This document shows positions 1-10,849 of a DNA stretch of 64,000 nt, piece by piece (the first letter of the stretch is position 1; each line of letters starts with the position of its first letter). The notes beneath the pieces are model-generated. The model did no database searches, had not been told where the DNA came from, and worked only from the letters and a program-made list of their open reading frames with translations. Source of the stretch: a virus; IMG/VR virus record IMGVR_UViG_3300026097_000009, positions 1 to 64,000 of that record; one strand, 5' to 3'. The position numbers and the translations under genes were made by a program.

Positions 1-354
1 TATCTGGCAGATGTCTGCGTGTCCGTTGATATGAAACAATAGGTTGACAAAATCTTCCTGCTCTAACAAATCCCATAGCGGCTCCTTATTCATAAGTTCT
101 ACAAGATGTTCTTCACTGCGAACTCCGTTGTATATACTTACATTTAAAAAGTCAAGTTTAAAGTAGTCTTTTTTATCTGCTTCTTTATGATCTAAAGAAC
201 ATAATCCGCTCAAAGGATCGTATGGAACTTTTTGCAGATAGACTCCAGTGTTATGCTTTTTGCTTTCACCGGCATCAATGCGCATTGCAGGAATATGTTT
301 AAATAACTTTAATGCCGTTTCTCTATCGGCAAAATCTATATCAATATCTGGCAC
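1..354 (-). CDS. Compact DnaE / DNA polymerase III alpha-like catalytic (palm) protein, 3' end outside the window
   Basis: Not in the ORF track. Manual translation from GTG at 354: MPDIDIDFADRETALKLFKHIPAMRIDAGESKKHNTGVYLQKVPYDPLSGLCSLDHKEADKKDYFKLDFLNVSIYNGV..., open to base 1. PDIDIDF, KHxxGV and FKLDFL match the family-C polymerase motifs PDIDxDF, HAxG and KxDFLGL. Confidence 0.8.
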   Translation of the reverse strand, partial: MPDIDIDFADRETALKLFKHIPAMRIDAGESKKHNTGVYLQKVPYDPLSGLCSLDHKEADKKDYFKLDFLNVSIYNGVRSEEHLVELMNKEPLWDLLEQEDFVNLLFHINGHADICQI

Positions 355-838
355 GACTTATCTTCTTTGATTTTTTAGAGGCTCGATCCCATTTTAATTT
401 CGAAACTCGATCTTTATATGTTATCCCATATAAATGATCCCATTCGTGCAAATAACACCTTGCACTGTAATCAGTAATTTTAGTAACTTGTTTTTCTAAG
501 TTTTCGTCATAAAATTCTGCTAAAATTTCTTTTGGCCTTTTTATTTTAACATAGATATCTGGAAAACTCAAGCATCCTTCATAATCATCTAGTTGTTCCT
601 CTGTATACTGTAACACAGTAGGATTAATGCAAATAGTAGAATTTTCTTTATTCATCCCCATAACAAACAGTTTGAGATCGATTCCAACCTGGCAAGCACT
701 CAAACCGATTCCGTTACTTGCTAACATGAGCTCGACCATCTGTTCTTTTAGTTCTTTTGGGTCCATTTGAGGATTTTCTAAATCAAAATCCTCCAATTCT
801 TTGTTAAGAATAGAACTCGGATAATAAACTAAGTTCAT
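341..838 (-). CDS. def: Peptide deformylase
   Basis: All three PDF motifs are present: GIGLSACQVG, EGCLS, HEWDH. Confidence 0.95.
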   Translation of the reverse strand: MNLVYYPSSILNKELEDFDLENPQMDPKELKEQMVELMLASNGIGLSACQVGIDLKLFVMGMNKENSTICINPTVLQYTEEQLDDYEGCLSFPDIYVKIKRPKEILAEFYDENLEKQVTKITDYSARCYLHEWDHLYGITYKDRVSKLKWDRASKKSKKISRARY

Positions 839-1254
839 AGTTTGCCTTCTGCTCTTAGTTGTGCTCTAATTTTTGTAGCACTTATGTCATGCATCTCTTC
901 ACCAAGATCGTGTTGTGTAAACGTGTAGCCAACCCCGCGACCATAACTAATATCAACTATATTAGGTACTTTCATGATAACATAATCTTTGTCACAGGTA
1001 AAGTCATGTTCTGCTAAACCTGCTTTAATATTTTCAACAACTGTATCATATTCAAACGGGTTATCTGTTTGTGCCGCTGTTCGGCCACCCCCTGCATCTT
1101 CTCCTACAATGCCTCCCACATCTCGAATCATAATACACACTTGTCCAGTTTCTGCAAATGCCTTTTTAAACAGAGCTGTATGTCCGTCGTGCCATGGCTG
1201 CCAACGTCCTAGCATCTGCGTAGTAGGCTTTTTCCAATCAAATGTCTTTTCCAT
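835..1254 (-). CDS. HxGH nucleotidyltransferase (cytidylyltransferase-like; candidate minimal ATP sulfurylase)
   Basis: GRWQPWHDGH, YGRGVGY and C-terminal ISATKIR. Start moved to ATG 1254 (MEKTFDW), which follows a GGAG site. Confidence 0.7.
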   Translation of the reverse strand: MEKTFDWKKPTTQMLGRWQPWHDGHTALFKKAFAETGQVCIMIRDVGGIVGEDAGGGRTAAQTDNPFEYDTVVENIKAGLAEHDFTCDKDYVIMKVPNIVDISYGRGVGYTFTQHDLGEEMHDISATKIRAQLRAEGKL

Positions 1255-1465
1255 CTTTAACTCCAAACTTAATATATTTGTACCATAGACGTTCATGTCC
1301 GTAGTATAGAATAAATTTAATAATCAAATCTGCTACAAATACTCCCCCTATTGCCTTGGGCGGTAAGCCGAATGCAAATGCTATTAAAGCGGTTGTAATA
1401 CTTGCTATTACCCGCCATGTAATTGCTTTGGCTAAATGTCTCTTTTTTTCAACTGCTCCGCTCAT
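1238..1465 (-). CDS. DUF2061-like small membrane protein
   Basis: KRHLAKAITWRVIAS...YYGHERLW signature with two hydrophobic helices. Confidence 0.8.
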   Translation of the reverse strand: MSGAVEKKRHLAKAITWRVIASITTALIAFAFGLPPKAIGGVFVADLIIKFILYYGHERLWYKYIKFGVKDGKDI

Positions 1466-1881
1466 GCTATGGCTTCTTGTATTTGATTTCCGAGACTCAT
1501 TATTTCATCATCGGATAAATGTCTAACAACCTTAAAATGAACATGTCCTTTTGGTTCTTCAAATACCTTGTTCGTATCTTCGAATCTTCCTTCTTGTATG
1601 GTATCTACCCATACAATAATATCAGGTTTGAATAAATTTCTTGTAATTTCTGTCGGACAAACAAAATCACAAATCACTGTTCTTCCCTGATTTCTTTCGT
1701 AGTCTGCAATAGTTCTCATACGCATTGCTTGACGTTGTCTTGCTTCTTGACTGAATTCCCAGTCGTTTGCCATTTCGCGAACACGATCTGCATTATACCA
1801 TGCACAGTTTAAGTGTTTCTGCAATCTTTCTGCAAGCCATGTTTTACCTGACCCCGGCAGCCCCATAATTAATATTTTCAT
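1462..1881 (-). CDS. cysC: Adenylyl-sulfate (APS) kinase-like protein, short form
   Basis: P-loop GLPGSGKT, NADRVR, FSQEARQRQ and ICDFVCP, as in CysC-like kinases. Confidence 0.75.
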   Translation of the reverse strand: MKILIMGLPGSGKTWLAERLQKHLNCAWYNADRVREMANDWEFSQEARQRQAMRMRTIADYERNQGRTVICDFVCPTEITRNLFKPDIIVWVDTIQEGRFEDTNKVFEEPKGHVHFKVVRHLSDDEIMSLGNQIQEAIA

Positions 1882-2450
1882 CGTTTAACCTTTGTAAGAC
1901 TATCTGTTTTTAGTGCTGTACTTATTGCTTTTTTAGCATCGAATTTTACTTCTTGGAATAGATACATTTGTAATTCATTAATTTTTTGTACATTTTTACT
2001 TTTCATATCGTAGAAGTCCATTACAAATACATCCTCCACGGTTTTCCATTTTTCGATAATATTTCTAAAATTTGGATCCAAGTTTTTAGATTCTTTAGAT
2101 TTTCCAGCAATTCTAGCCCATGCGTCCCAACTTGCTTTGCATGTTTTTAAGTCGCGTAGCAACAAGATTTTTTTAAATCCAGATAATATCCGTTCCGATT
2201 TTGTACTATACTCTAGGTGAGAAACCGCAAACGAATTTTCTGATATCAAATTAACACTTTCGGATAACGGTGTTCTTACTTTAAGTTCTTTTAAATTTTT
2301 TCTTGAATAGTTTAAATCATCTAGATCTAGCTGAGTATAGTTATTTCCACGAATGTGCATACCTGTAAAATGCAAATCTAACTGCTGTAATAAATTTGCA
2401 CAAAGATATGTGCCTGCTTTAGGTTGACTAATAACAATAGTCTGCATCAA
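1878..2450 (-). CDS. Sulfotransferase-like protein
   Basis: N-terminal ISQPKAGTYL (5'-PSB loop) and LLLRD (3'-PB-like); lies directly upstream of the APS kinase. Confidence 0.65.
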   Translation of the reverse strand: MMQTIVISQPKAGTYLCANLLQQLDLHFTGMHIRGNNYTQLDLDDLNYSRKNLKELKVRTPLSESVNLISENSFAVSHLEYSTKSERILSGFKKILLLRDLKTCKASWDAWARIAGKSKESKNLDPNFRNIIEKWKTVEDVFVMDFYDMKSKNVQKINELQMYLFQEVKFDAKKAISTALKTDSLTKVKR

Positions 2451-2662
2451 TGAATTTCTGTTGTTTCGAACAATAACAAAGGTAGGGTATCAGCTAATTG
2501 TTGAGCATACTCCTCGATTTCCTCATCGTCCTCGAACCCAGAAAATTTTACATAAATTGATTTGTCGTTTAACCCTGTTAAAACTTCAATTTCAATATCG
2601 TCGCGTGTAGAAATATAAGTTTCGTTTTCTAACAGTTCATCACCGGTTCTACTTTCAGTCAT
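2447..2662 (-). CDS. Hypothetical acidic protein
   Basis: 71-aa ORF with ATGA-type overlaps to both neighbours. Confidence 0.6.
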   Translation of the reverse strand: MTESRTGDELLENETYISTRDDIEIEVLTGLNDKSIYVKFSGFEDDEEIEEYAQQLADTLPLLLFETTEIH

Positions 2663-3342
2663 AAAATTTTAGCCTCTTTCACTATATCCTTCGTCAGTTG
2701 CTGGTCAGCTGGTAATTTTTTAAATCTAGTCAACCAGTATTGCGGATCAACGAACGGTCCTATTATTTCTAATTGCTCGTCGTTCATGTTTTGCAACATT
2801 TCTTTTCCGCTCTTTGTATTTAATATTAACCAAGGAGAAATCAAACCTTCTCTAATATCATGAACTGCTCTATTTAGATTTACATACTTGAAATAATGTT
2901 CCCAAGGTGCGTTGTTCTTATCGGACCAATCCATCATAGTTTTAATAGATCGCTGTATTGCACCGTCGGCTGGCTCACTGCGTATTAACTCTAGTAAGTA
3001 CGTTTCATACAATTCATCTCTACACCAGTGATCCAGTTTAACTCCACCAGTAAGAACAAAATTAATGAACTTTTCTGGATATATGGGATTTGTGTTAACC
3101 AAAAAGCTTCCAAATTTAATAAATGCTGTATAGTACGGGCTTGAAACAAAATCATCAAATGTTTTTTTCTTTCCTGCTTTTTGATTTATCTCATAAAATT
3201 TTTGATAAACTATCATGCCGTTTTGCACATGTTTTTCATTTTTGGCAAGGTATCGCCTCTTTTTTTCACAGACATGCACTGCCAAAGTTTTTTCTTTGAC
3301 AAAAGTTTTTCCACAATAATCACACTTATAACTTTGCGTCAT
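2659..3342 (-). CDS. Zinc-finger-containing phage protein
   Basis: N-terminal CDYCGKTF...HVC zinc-finger pattern; 227 aa. Confidence 0.6.
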   Translation of the reverse strand: MTQSYKCDYCGKTFVKEKTLAVHVCEKKRRYLAKNEKHVQNGMIVYQKFYEINQKAGKKKTFDDFVSSPYYTAFIKFGSFLVNTNPIYPEKFINFVLTGGVKLDHWCRDELYETYLLELIRSEPADGAIQRSIKTMMDWSDKNNAPWEHYFKYVNLNRAVHDIREGLISPWLILNTKSGKEMLQNMNDEQLEIIGPFVDPQYWLTRFKKLPADQQLTKDIVKEAKIL

Positions 3343-3790
3343 TGATTTCTTTTTTCGACCAACCGAGTTCTTCTAGATATTCTTTGATTTCTTTTGTTGA
3401 ATTAAGTTCAGCCATTAATTCAATATCTTCAATTTTTTTATCTGGGAATATTTTTAACAAAAAATCTACTTTTTTGTTTTTTTCTTTTTTAACTTTTATC
3501 CATTTGTGAAAATATATATTCCCAGAATCGTCACTGCAACTACATGCTATTTGCCAAAGAAGTTTAGGGTGTTTGTTAAGCAGTTCGAAAAGATTTTTAT
3601 TGAATCTTATATTCGTGTTTAAAAGCCAGTGTTCCTGTAACTCTCTACTTCCTTCGACACTGCTTAAATATCTGTTGAGTGTGAAGTAGACCACACTCTT
3701 TTTCTGTTCATCTGTAAGATCGTCCCATACACCTTTTGCGTTAAGGTCGATTGCTCCGAGTATTTCTTTAAGGGTTAGTTTTTCTGTCAT
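3326..3790 (-). CDS. Putative clamp-loader small subunit (T4 gp62-like)
   Basis: Size and pattern (FTLNRYLS...LLWQ...FHKWIK...KEIKEYL) resemble gp62 of T4-like phages; recognised by eye only. Confidence 0.45.
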   Translation of the reverse strand: MTEKLTLKEILGAIDLNAKGVWDDLTDEQKKSVVYFTLNRYLSSVEGSRELQEHWLLNTNIRFNKNLFELLNKHPKLLWQIACSCSDDSGNIYFHKWIKVKKEKNKKVDFLLKIFPDKKIEDIELMAELNSTKEIKEYLEELGWSKKEINDAKL

Positions 3791-4034
3791 CTCTTATTAG
3801 TATATAGGTTGTGTATAATTTGTCAAGTTGACTTTTTAATGTTGGATTATTTTTTGCTAATTCAAAAATTTCTTTCATTTCGCCAAGTTGAATTTCTCCT
3901 TTAGCTCTTGCAACAGCCGAAGGGTCACCTCCTGCAATCCATGGATCAATATCAGGACGATTAGGATAATCGCACCATACAACTTTGTCCTCCATGCGGT
4001 AACGAATTTCTTCTCCGGGAATTAGATCACCCAT
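3768..4034 (-). CDS. Hypothetical protein
   Basis: 88-aa ORF overlapping both neighbours in the operon. Confidence 0.55.
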   Translation of the reverse strand: MGDLIPGEEIRYRMEDKVVWCDYPNRPDIDPWIAGGDPSAVARAKGEIQLGEMKEIFELAKNNPTLKSQLDKLYTTYILIRDDRKTNP

Positions 4035-4641
4035 TGTGCTCTACCGAGTTATCACTTAAAAAATTAAAACTAAGACTTATTCTTCTATGATCTGTAGGGT
4101 TTTCTACCACCTTGTGTTCTAGCCATCCTGGGAACAAGATCAACTGTCCTTCTTTGGGCTTTACACCTATTTGTTCCTTACACTGTCCTCCCATACTTGC
4201 GGGAAACAATCCTAGGGAGGCAAACGGGATAGGATTTTTAAAAACGATTTCACCATCATTGCCGTTGGACTTATAATGATACACACCGCTTATAATAGAG
4301 TCGCAATGTTGATGAAATGTTTGTCCTTCGCCTTTGTCTGTAATATTGATCCAACTTTGATTCATAAAAATATTTCTTCTTATTATTGGTTGACATTCTG
4401 CATAGTACTTAGAAGCATTTTTACATATAAACTTGTAAAGATTTGAAAGATTGAAATCAGTAATGCTGTTCATTCTAGTTTCGATATTAGTCTTTACTTT
4501 GTCACTCCACCTATCAGGATTAGCAAATTGATCTTGCATAATTGTTCCCCAGTTTTTAGATATTTCATGATCTATAGAAGTTCTTTCTAACTGAGAAGCT
4601 TGAACAATATATATAGGCAACGAGAATACGGTACTTAACAT
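4027..4641 (-). CDS. 2OG-Fe(II) oxygenase (TIGR02466-like)
   Basis: SWIN...HQH...ISGVYHY...LILFPGWLEHKV...RISLSFN. Confidence 0.85.
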   Translation of the reverse strand: MLSTVFSLPIYIVQASQLERTSIDHEISKNWGTIMQDQFANPDRWSDKVKTNIETRMNSITDFNLSNLYKFICKNASKYYAECQPIIRRNIFMNQSWINITDKGEGQTFHQHCDSIISGVYHYKSNGNDGEIVFKNPIPFASLGLFPASMGGQCKEQIGVKPKEGQLILFPGWLEHKVVENPTDHRRISLSFNFLSDNSVEHNG

Positions 4642-5147
4642 TAGAACAACTTATCCAATTGTATAATTTCACTTTGTCTAGATATTTCTTTAACAAAGAA
4701 TGCACAATACGGACTAGGATCGTTGTTTAGTGGTACAGATAAAATTTGTCCGTTTTTCATCTTTGGAAAATACCATCTCACATCTTGATAGATATTTACA
4801 ATCTTAATTGGCAAATATTCACAATGATATCCGTTTATAGGATTAATACTCAGTGCAGTAAATCCTCGTTCATTAATTGATGTTAACGGCAAAACTTCAG
4901 GATCTAATCCGCTATCTGCATCAGCTACAACCATACTCCAGTCTAGAGGCATTTGAACTTCACTTCCTGCAATGTCTAACACAATAGCAGGACTGTTAAA
5001 ACTTTCTAAAAAAACAAGAGGCATGAAATAAAAATCAGGATCTGACGGATCGCTGTTGTCTAAAACACTAAACCTTGTGTCATCATCAATTTCTTCTGGC
5101 AATTCGTTTAAATCGAATGCACGATTATCTAAAGTGAGAATTTTCAT
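4641..5147 (-). CDS. Conserved-looking phage protein, possibly a degenerate Hint-like beta fold
   Basis: 168-aa beta-rich ORF coupled to uvsW; the fold is inferred from strand pattern only. Confidence 0.5.
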   Translation of the reverse strand: MKILTLDNRAFDLNELPEEIDDDTRFSVLDNSDPSDPDFYFMPLVFLESFNSPAIVLDIAGSEVQMPLDWSMVVADADSGLDPEVLPLTSINERGFTALSINPINGYHCEYLPIKIVNIYQDVRWYFPKMKNGQILSVPLNNDPSPYCAFFVKEISRQSEIIQLDKLF

Positions 5148-6601
5148 ATATCAACCTTTTCAATAGTAAACGGGTAATTTGCTTCTTTGTAATACTTTTT
5201 ACGTTCTGTGAGATGTCGTTTAGCATATTTACAAGTAGAAGTAATATCCCAAATTTGGACAAAATCCTTGTCCTCTGCTTTTCGGATTCCTCGTCCGATA
5301 CTCTGTATTACCCTTACAAAACTCTTTCCAGGTTCGATAAGAACAAGATTAAAAATGCGGGGTATGTTAATTCCCACTGCGGCAACACCATAGGTTGCAA
5401 TAATAACTTTGTTTTTTGAAGTTTGAATTTCATCGTATTCGTCCTTTCTGTTTTCTAATTTAGTGCTTCCGTTAATGAACACACTATCTGATAGTCTTTC
5501 CTCAAGCATAGTCCCAGTGTTTACTCTGTTAATTAACACCAGTGTATTACCGTCGTTTCGTATCGAATCGATCTTGTTAGCAATCCAATCAATACGATCT
5601 GGATCTTTCACTAAGAAATCATATTCTTCTGCATAACTTCTAAATGTTCGTACATCTTTTGTTTGTAATATTTTAATATCCAGTTTAGCAAGAATATCTT
5701 TTTGTTGCAAGTCGTGAGCGGAGATTCGATTAATAACAGGACCAATGCCGACAAGAATTCCTTGAAACTCCCACTGTTCTTTAGGTATAGTTCCTGTAAG
5801 TCCCCATCGCACAGGACAGTTTCCTAAATTTTGTGTTAACAATTTTTTAAGGACATCCGCTTTGGCTTGGTGTACTTCGTCTACTATAACTGCGCCAACT
5901 CCTTCTAAAAATTCTGCCAACGTTAATACTTCTTCGTAATCTTTTGATTTTTTATCTAGGATATTAAGTGATTGCCATGTACAGATAGTATGTGTCTTGC
6001 CTAGTTCTTTTCTGTCCCCGAAGTATACTCCTACATCTAATCCACAGTTCTTATAATCTTCTTCAGTTTGAACTACTAAGCTTTTGTTCGGAACAATGAC
6101 TATTGTACGCCCGAACTTTTCGCACATATGACTCAATGTTGCGGTTATGATCGTTTTACCAGCGCCGGTTGCTACTTCTTGCAAGCTCTGTGGGTTCTCA
6201 GAAAAGTTTTTTATAACATCAACTTGATGATCTCGCAGAACAATAGGTTCGCCCGCCATTGGATGTCCTTTAGGCCAGCACACACCTTTATTTTTCCAAT
6301 AGTCTTCGTCAACTGCCTCAAATGTTAAGTCGTGTTGTTCTCTAAGATCTACTAACTCAATTTCATATCGATCTTTTTCAATTATCGGAAGTATAACATC
6401 TAAATGACAAAGATACCCAGTTCCGCCGATTCCGAAAAAACTCACAGTGCCGTCCCACCGTCCTAATTTAAATGCAGGCATATGACGAGCATACGGTAAT
6501 TCATACTTTAATTTGTTAGCAAGCTTTCGTCTAGTCTCAATGGCTAACCCTTCGACCTTTACGTTGACTTCGTCTTTAATAATTAATTTACAAGTTGACA
6601 A
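5144..6601 (-). CDS. uvsW: UvsW-like superfamily 2 DNA helicase
   Basis: ATGAGKT, DEVH, GLTGT, QSIGRGIR. Likely start is TTG at 6601, downstream of GGAGAG. Confidence 0.92.
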   Translation of the reverse strand: MSTCKLIIKDEVNVKVEGLAIETRRKLANKLKYELPYARHMPAFKLGRWDGTVSFFGIGGTGYLCHLDVILPIIEKDRYEIELVDLREQHDLTFEAVDEDYWKNKGVCWPKGHPMAGEPIVLRDHQVDVIKNFSENPQSLQEVATGAGKTIITATLSHMCEKFGRTIVIVPNKSLVVQTEEDYKNCGLDVGVYFGDRKELGKTHTICTWQSLNILDKKSKDYEEVLTLAEFLEGVGAVIVDEVHQAKADVLKKLLTQNLGNCPVRWGLTGTIPKEQWEFQGILVGIGPVINRISAHDLQQKDILAKLDIKILQTKDVRTFRSYAEEYDFLVKDPDRIDWIANKIDSIRNDGNTLVLINRVNTGTMLEERLSDSVFINGSTKLENRKDEYDEIQTSKNKVIIATYGVAAVGINIPRIFNLVLIEPGKSFVRVIQSIGRGIRKAEDKDFVQIWDITSTCKYAKRHLTERKKYYKEANYPFTIEKVDI

Positions 6602-7754
6602 TTTTGTGATCTCTCCATGTTGTCGGCTCATATTCCGCTATATGTACAACAATTGGCATGTGCCTTACCATTTGTTTTATAACAGCGTTTCTGTTTGGTA
6701 TCAAGTCGTTAGTGGAAAAAATATCAATGCTTATGTTTTTAGTGAAAATCCATTTTGGTATTTTATTTTTAAAAATTAAAACGTCTCCCTCTTCTATTTT
6801 TCCGCCTAACTCGTTTTCTTTAATCCACTCATTTATAGAACTATCTGCATTTTCTCTAAACCCTATTTTAATTTTTTTTGTAAAATTTGTATTCAATGAG
6901 ATATTATAAAACGTTTTCAACCATTTCAGAATGTGCTCGTCATCATATAACACAATAACAGCTTTGTTGTTAACGTGTTCAACCAGCTCGAAATATCTTA
7001 CCAGTTCGTTGATGTAGAACTGGTTAGTATCCGATGCAGTAAGTACAGAGAACATATCTTTTGAATTATTATTTAATTGTACTATACCCATAGTTTTAAG
7101 TAAAATTAAATTATTTTTTAATGAACTTGTTTTATTTTCGTTATAAAAATTATGGACATCTTCGTTACAGTTTTTTAAAATAATTTCACAATCGTCGACT
7201 ATAAATCCAGGGTATAGCGATTCTTCTTGGTTTAAAATTTCTTCATATTCTGCAACTAAATTTTCAAAACTAATATCAATCTCAAATTCGTTAGTCCTGC
7301 AAAACTCCTGAAAGTCCAATAGATTTATTTCATAAGGATTAAGAACGTTTATCTTTCTGTCTTTATCCCACGAATTTTGAAAATAATGCAAAGAATTTTT
7401 TAATAAAGTTTCAACAGTCTGTTTAAAATTAAAAGGGCACTTTAGACATATAACCGGACCGTCTTCGGTTTCTTCTACAAATACTTTTTTTGAATAATCT
7501 ATAGTTCTAAATTCATATTTCCATACAGCATTTTCTAGTAAATCATCAACGGTATATTTGTTCAAAGAACTTACGTCTTTATATTTTTCAATTAAACGAA
7601 TTACAAAGTTAGCTTGTTTTTCAGTAAGCTGATTATTAGAAGATATAATTCTATAAAAATTTAATATTGCATTCTGTTCGGTGCGAGGCCAGAATCTTAT
7701 ATCATGCTTTACTGCATCATAAAATTTTAGAAAAATATCTTCGAAATAGATCAT
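6588..7754 (-). CDS. Hypothetical protein upstream of uvsW
   Basis: 388-aa ORF preceded by a sigma70-like promoter. Confidence 0.65.
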   Translation of the reverse strand: MIYFEDIFLKFYDAVKHDIRFWPRTEQNAILNFYRIISSNNQLTEKQANFVIRLIEKYKDVSSLNKYTVDDLLENAVWKYEFRTIDYSKKVFVEETEDGPVICLKCPFNFKQTVETLLKNSLHYFQNSWDKDRKINVLNPYEINLLDFQEFCRTNEFEIDISFENLVAEYEEILNQEESLYPGFIVDDCEIILKNCNEDVHNFYNENKTSSLKNNLILLKTMGIVQLNNNSKDMFSVLTASDTNQFYINELVRYFELVEHVNNKAVIVLYDDEHILKWLKTFYNISLNTNFTKKIKIGFRENADSSINEWIKENELGGKIEEGDVLIFKNKIPKWIFTKNISIDIFSTNDLIPNRNAVIKQMVRHMPIVVHIAEYEPTTWRDHKIVNL

Positions 7755-7760
7755 TCTTTT

Positions 7761-7789
7761 ATATTAACACCTATTATGTTAAATATCAA
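7761..7789 (-). promoter_or_regulatory. Sigma70-like promoter with extended -10
   Basis: TTGATA (7789-7784), 17 nt spacer ending TGT, TAATAT (7766-7761), 6 nt before ATG 7754. Confidence 0.6.
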
Positions 7790-8609
7790 GAAGTAATTGC
7801 TCTAAGGCAGTTCCATTTTCTATTTCAGATACCAACCATTCTGTGTGACAGAGTTTAACAAACCAGTCATCTCTTTGCGGAGATCTAAAATCAGAAGATT
7901 CAATATTTGAGTAATGTTGAGTTACTGGATAGGCCAAACTATGATCAGATACTATTACAGGTGTTCCGTGAATTGCTCCTAATATTCCAGGCCCGCTACA
8001 AAAATTAACTATGCAATGATAATTGTAATTCATATCGTAGTCATCATATGAATTTTTTAGTTTTGTCGGCCGTTCTACTTTTACATTAGGTATAGTTATT
8101 GGGCATCTTGGATGTGGTCTGATAATAACAGGTCTATCCGACCATTTGCGTATTTCTTGAATTTGCTGATAGGCCCACTTTTGCATAGCTGGCTGTCCTT
8201 CCCATTGCAAACTTTTAGTATGCTGGAGTGCAACTAAAATCTCGCCACGGCGTTTGTATACATGATCTTTTAGTTGTAATCCTAATCTAGACGGTCTATT
8301 ATAATTTAAATTAGAATTATTTGCAAATACGCCGAGATTGTTAATATTATTAAGACAGAGTTTCCAGGTTACATTTCTTTTAAGGGTGCCGATCTCAACT
8401 ATCAACACTGGTTTATTTTTCTTTCTAGCGGCGTGATAAATCTGTTTGTTATCTTGCATACGCCCTTGCCACAGCACACTCCATATAACAGGAATATCTT
8501 CGTTATTGTCGACAATTTCATGCCCAAGGCGTCTCAGCCCTGTTTCTACTGCGTTGAAAATCGGTTCGCTATTTAAAGCTCCGTGTTGTCTATATATTTT
8601 GAACTTCAT
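7779..8609 (-). CDS. KpsC/KpsS-like capsule-synthesis glycosyltransferase
   Basis: ILVALQ...SLQW, VIIRPHP, VNFCSGPGILGAIHGTPV. Confidence 0.7.
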   Translation of the reverse strand: MKFKIYRQHGALNSEPIFNAVETGLRRLGHEIVDNNEDIPVIWSVLWQGRMQDNKQIYHAARKKNKPVLIVEIGTLKRNVTWKLCLNNINNLGVFANNSNLNYNRPSRLGLQLKDHVYKRRGEILVALQHTKSLQWEGQPAMQKWAYQQIQEIRKWSDRPVIIRPHPRCPITIPNVKVERPTKLKNSYDDYDMNYNYHCIVNFCSGPGILGAIHGTPVIVSDHSLAYPVTQHYSNIESSDFRSPQRDDWFVKLCHTEWLVSEIENGTALEQLLLDI

Positions 8610-8620
8610 CTGTATAGAAA

Positions 8621-8639
8621 TAAATAATCTACGTATTTA
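8621..8639. promoter_or_regulatory. Pair of opposed late-promoter motifs between divergent genes
   Basis: TAAATA on + at 8621-8626 and on - at 8639-8634, within a 35-bp divergent intergenic gap. Confidence 0.55.
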
Positions 8640-8644
8640 ATATT

Positions 8645-10837
<2,193 letters not shown>

Positions 10838-10849
<12 letters not shown>

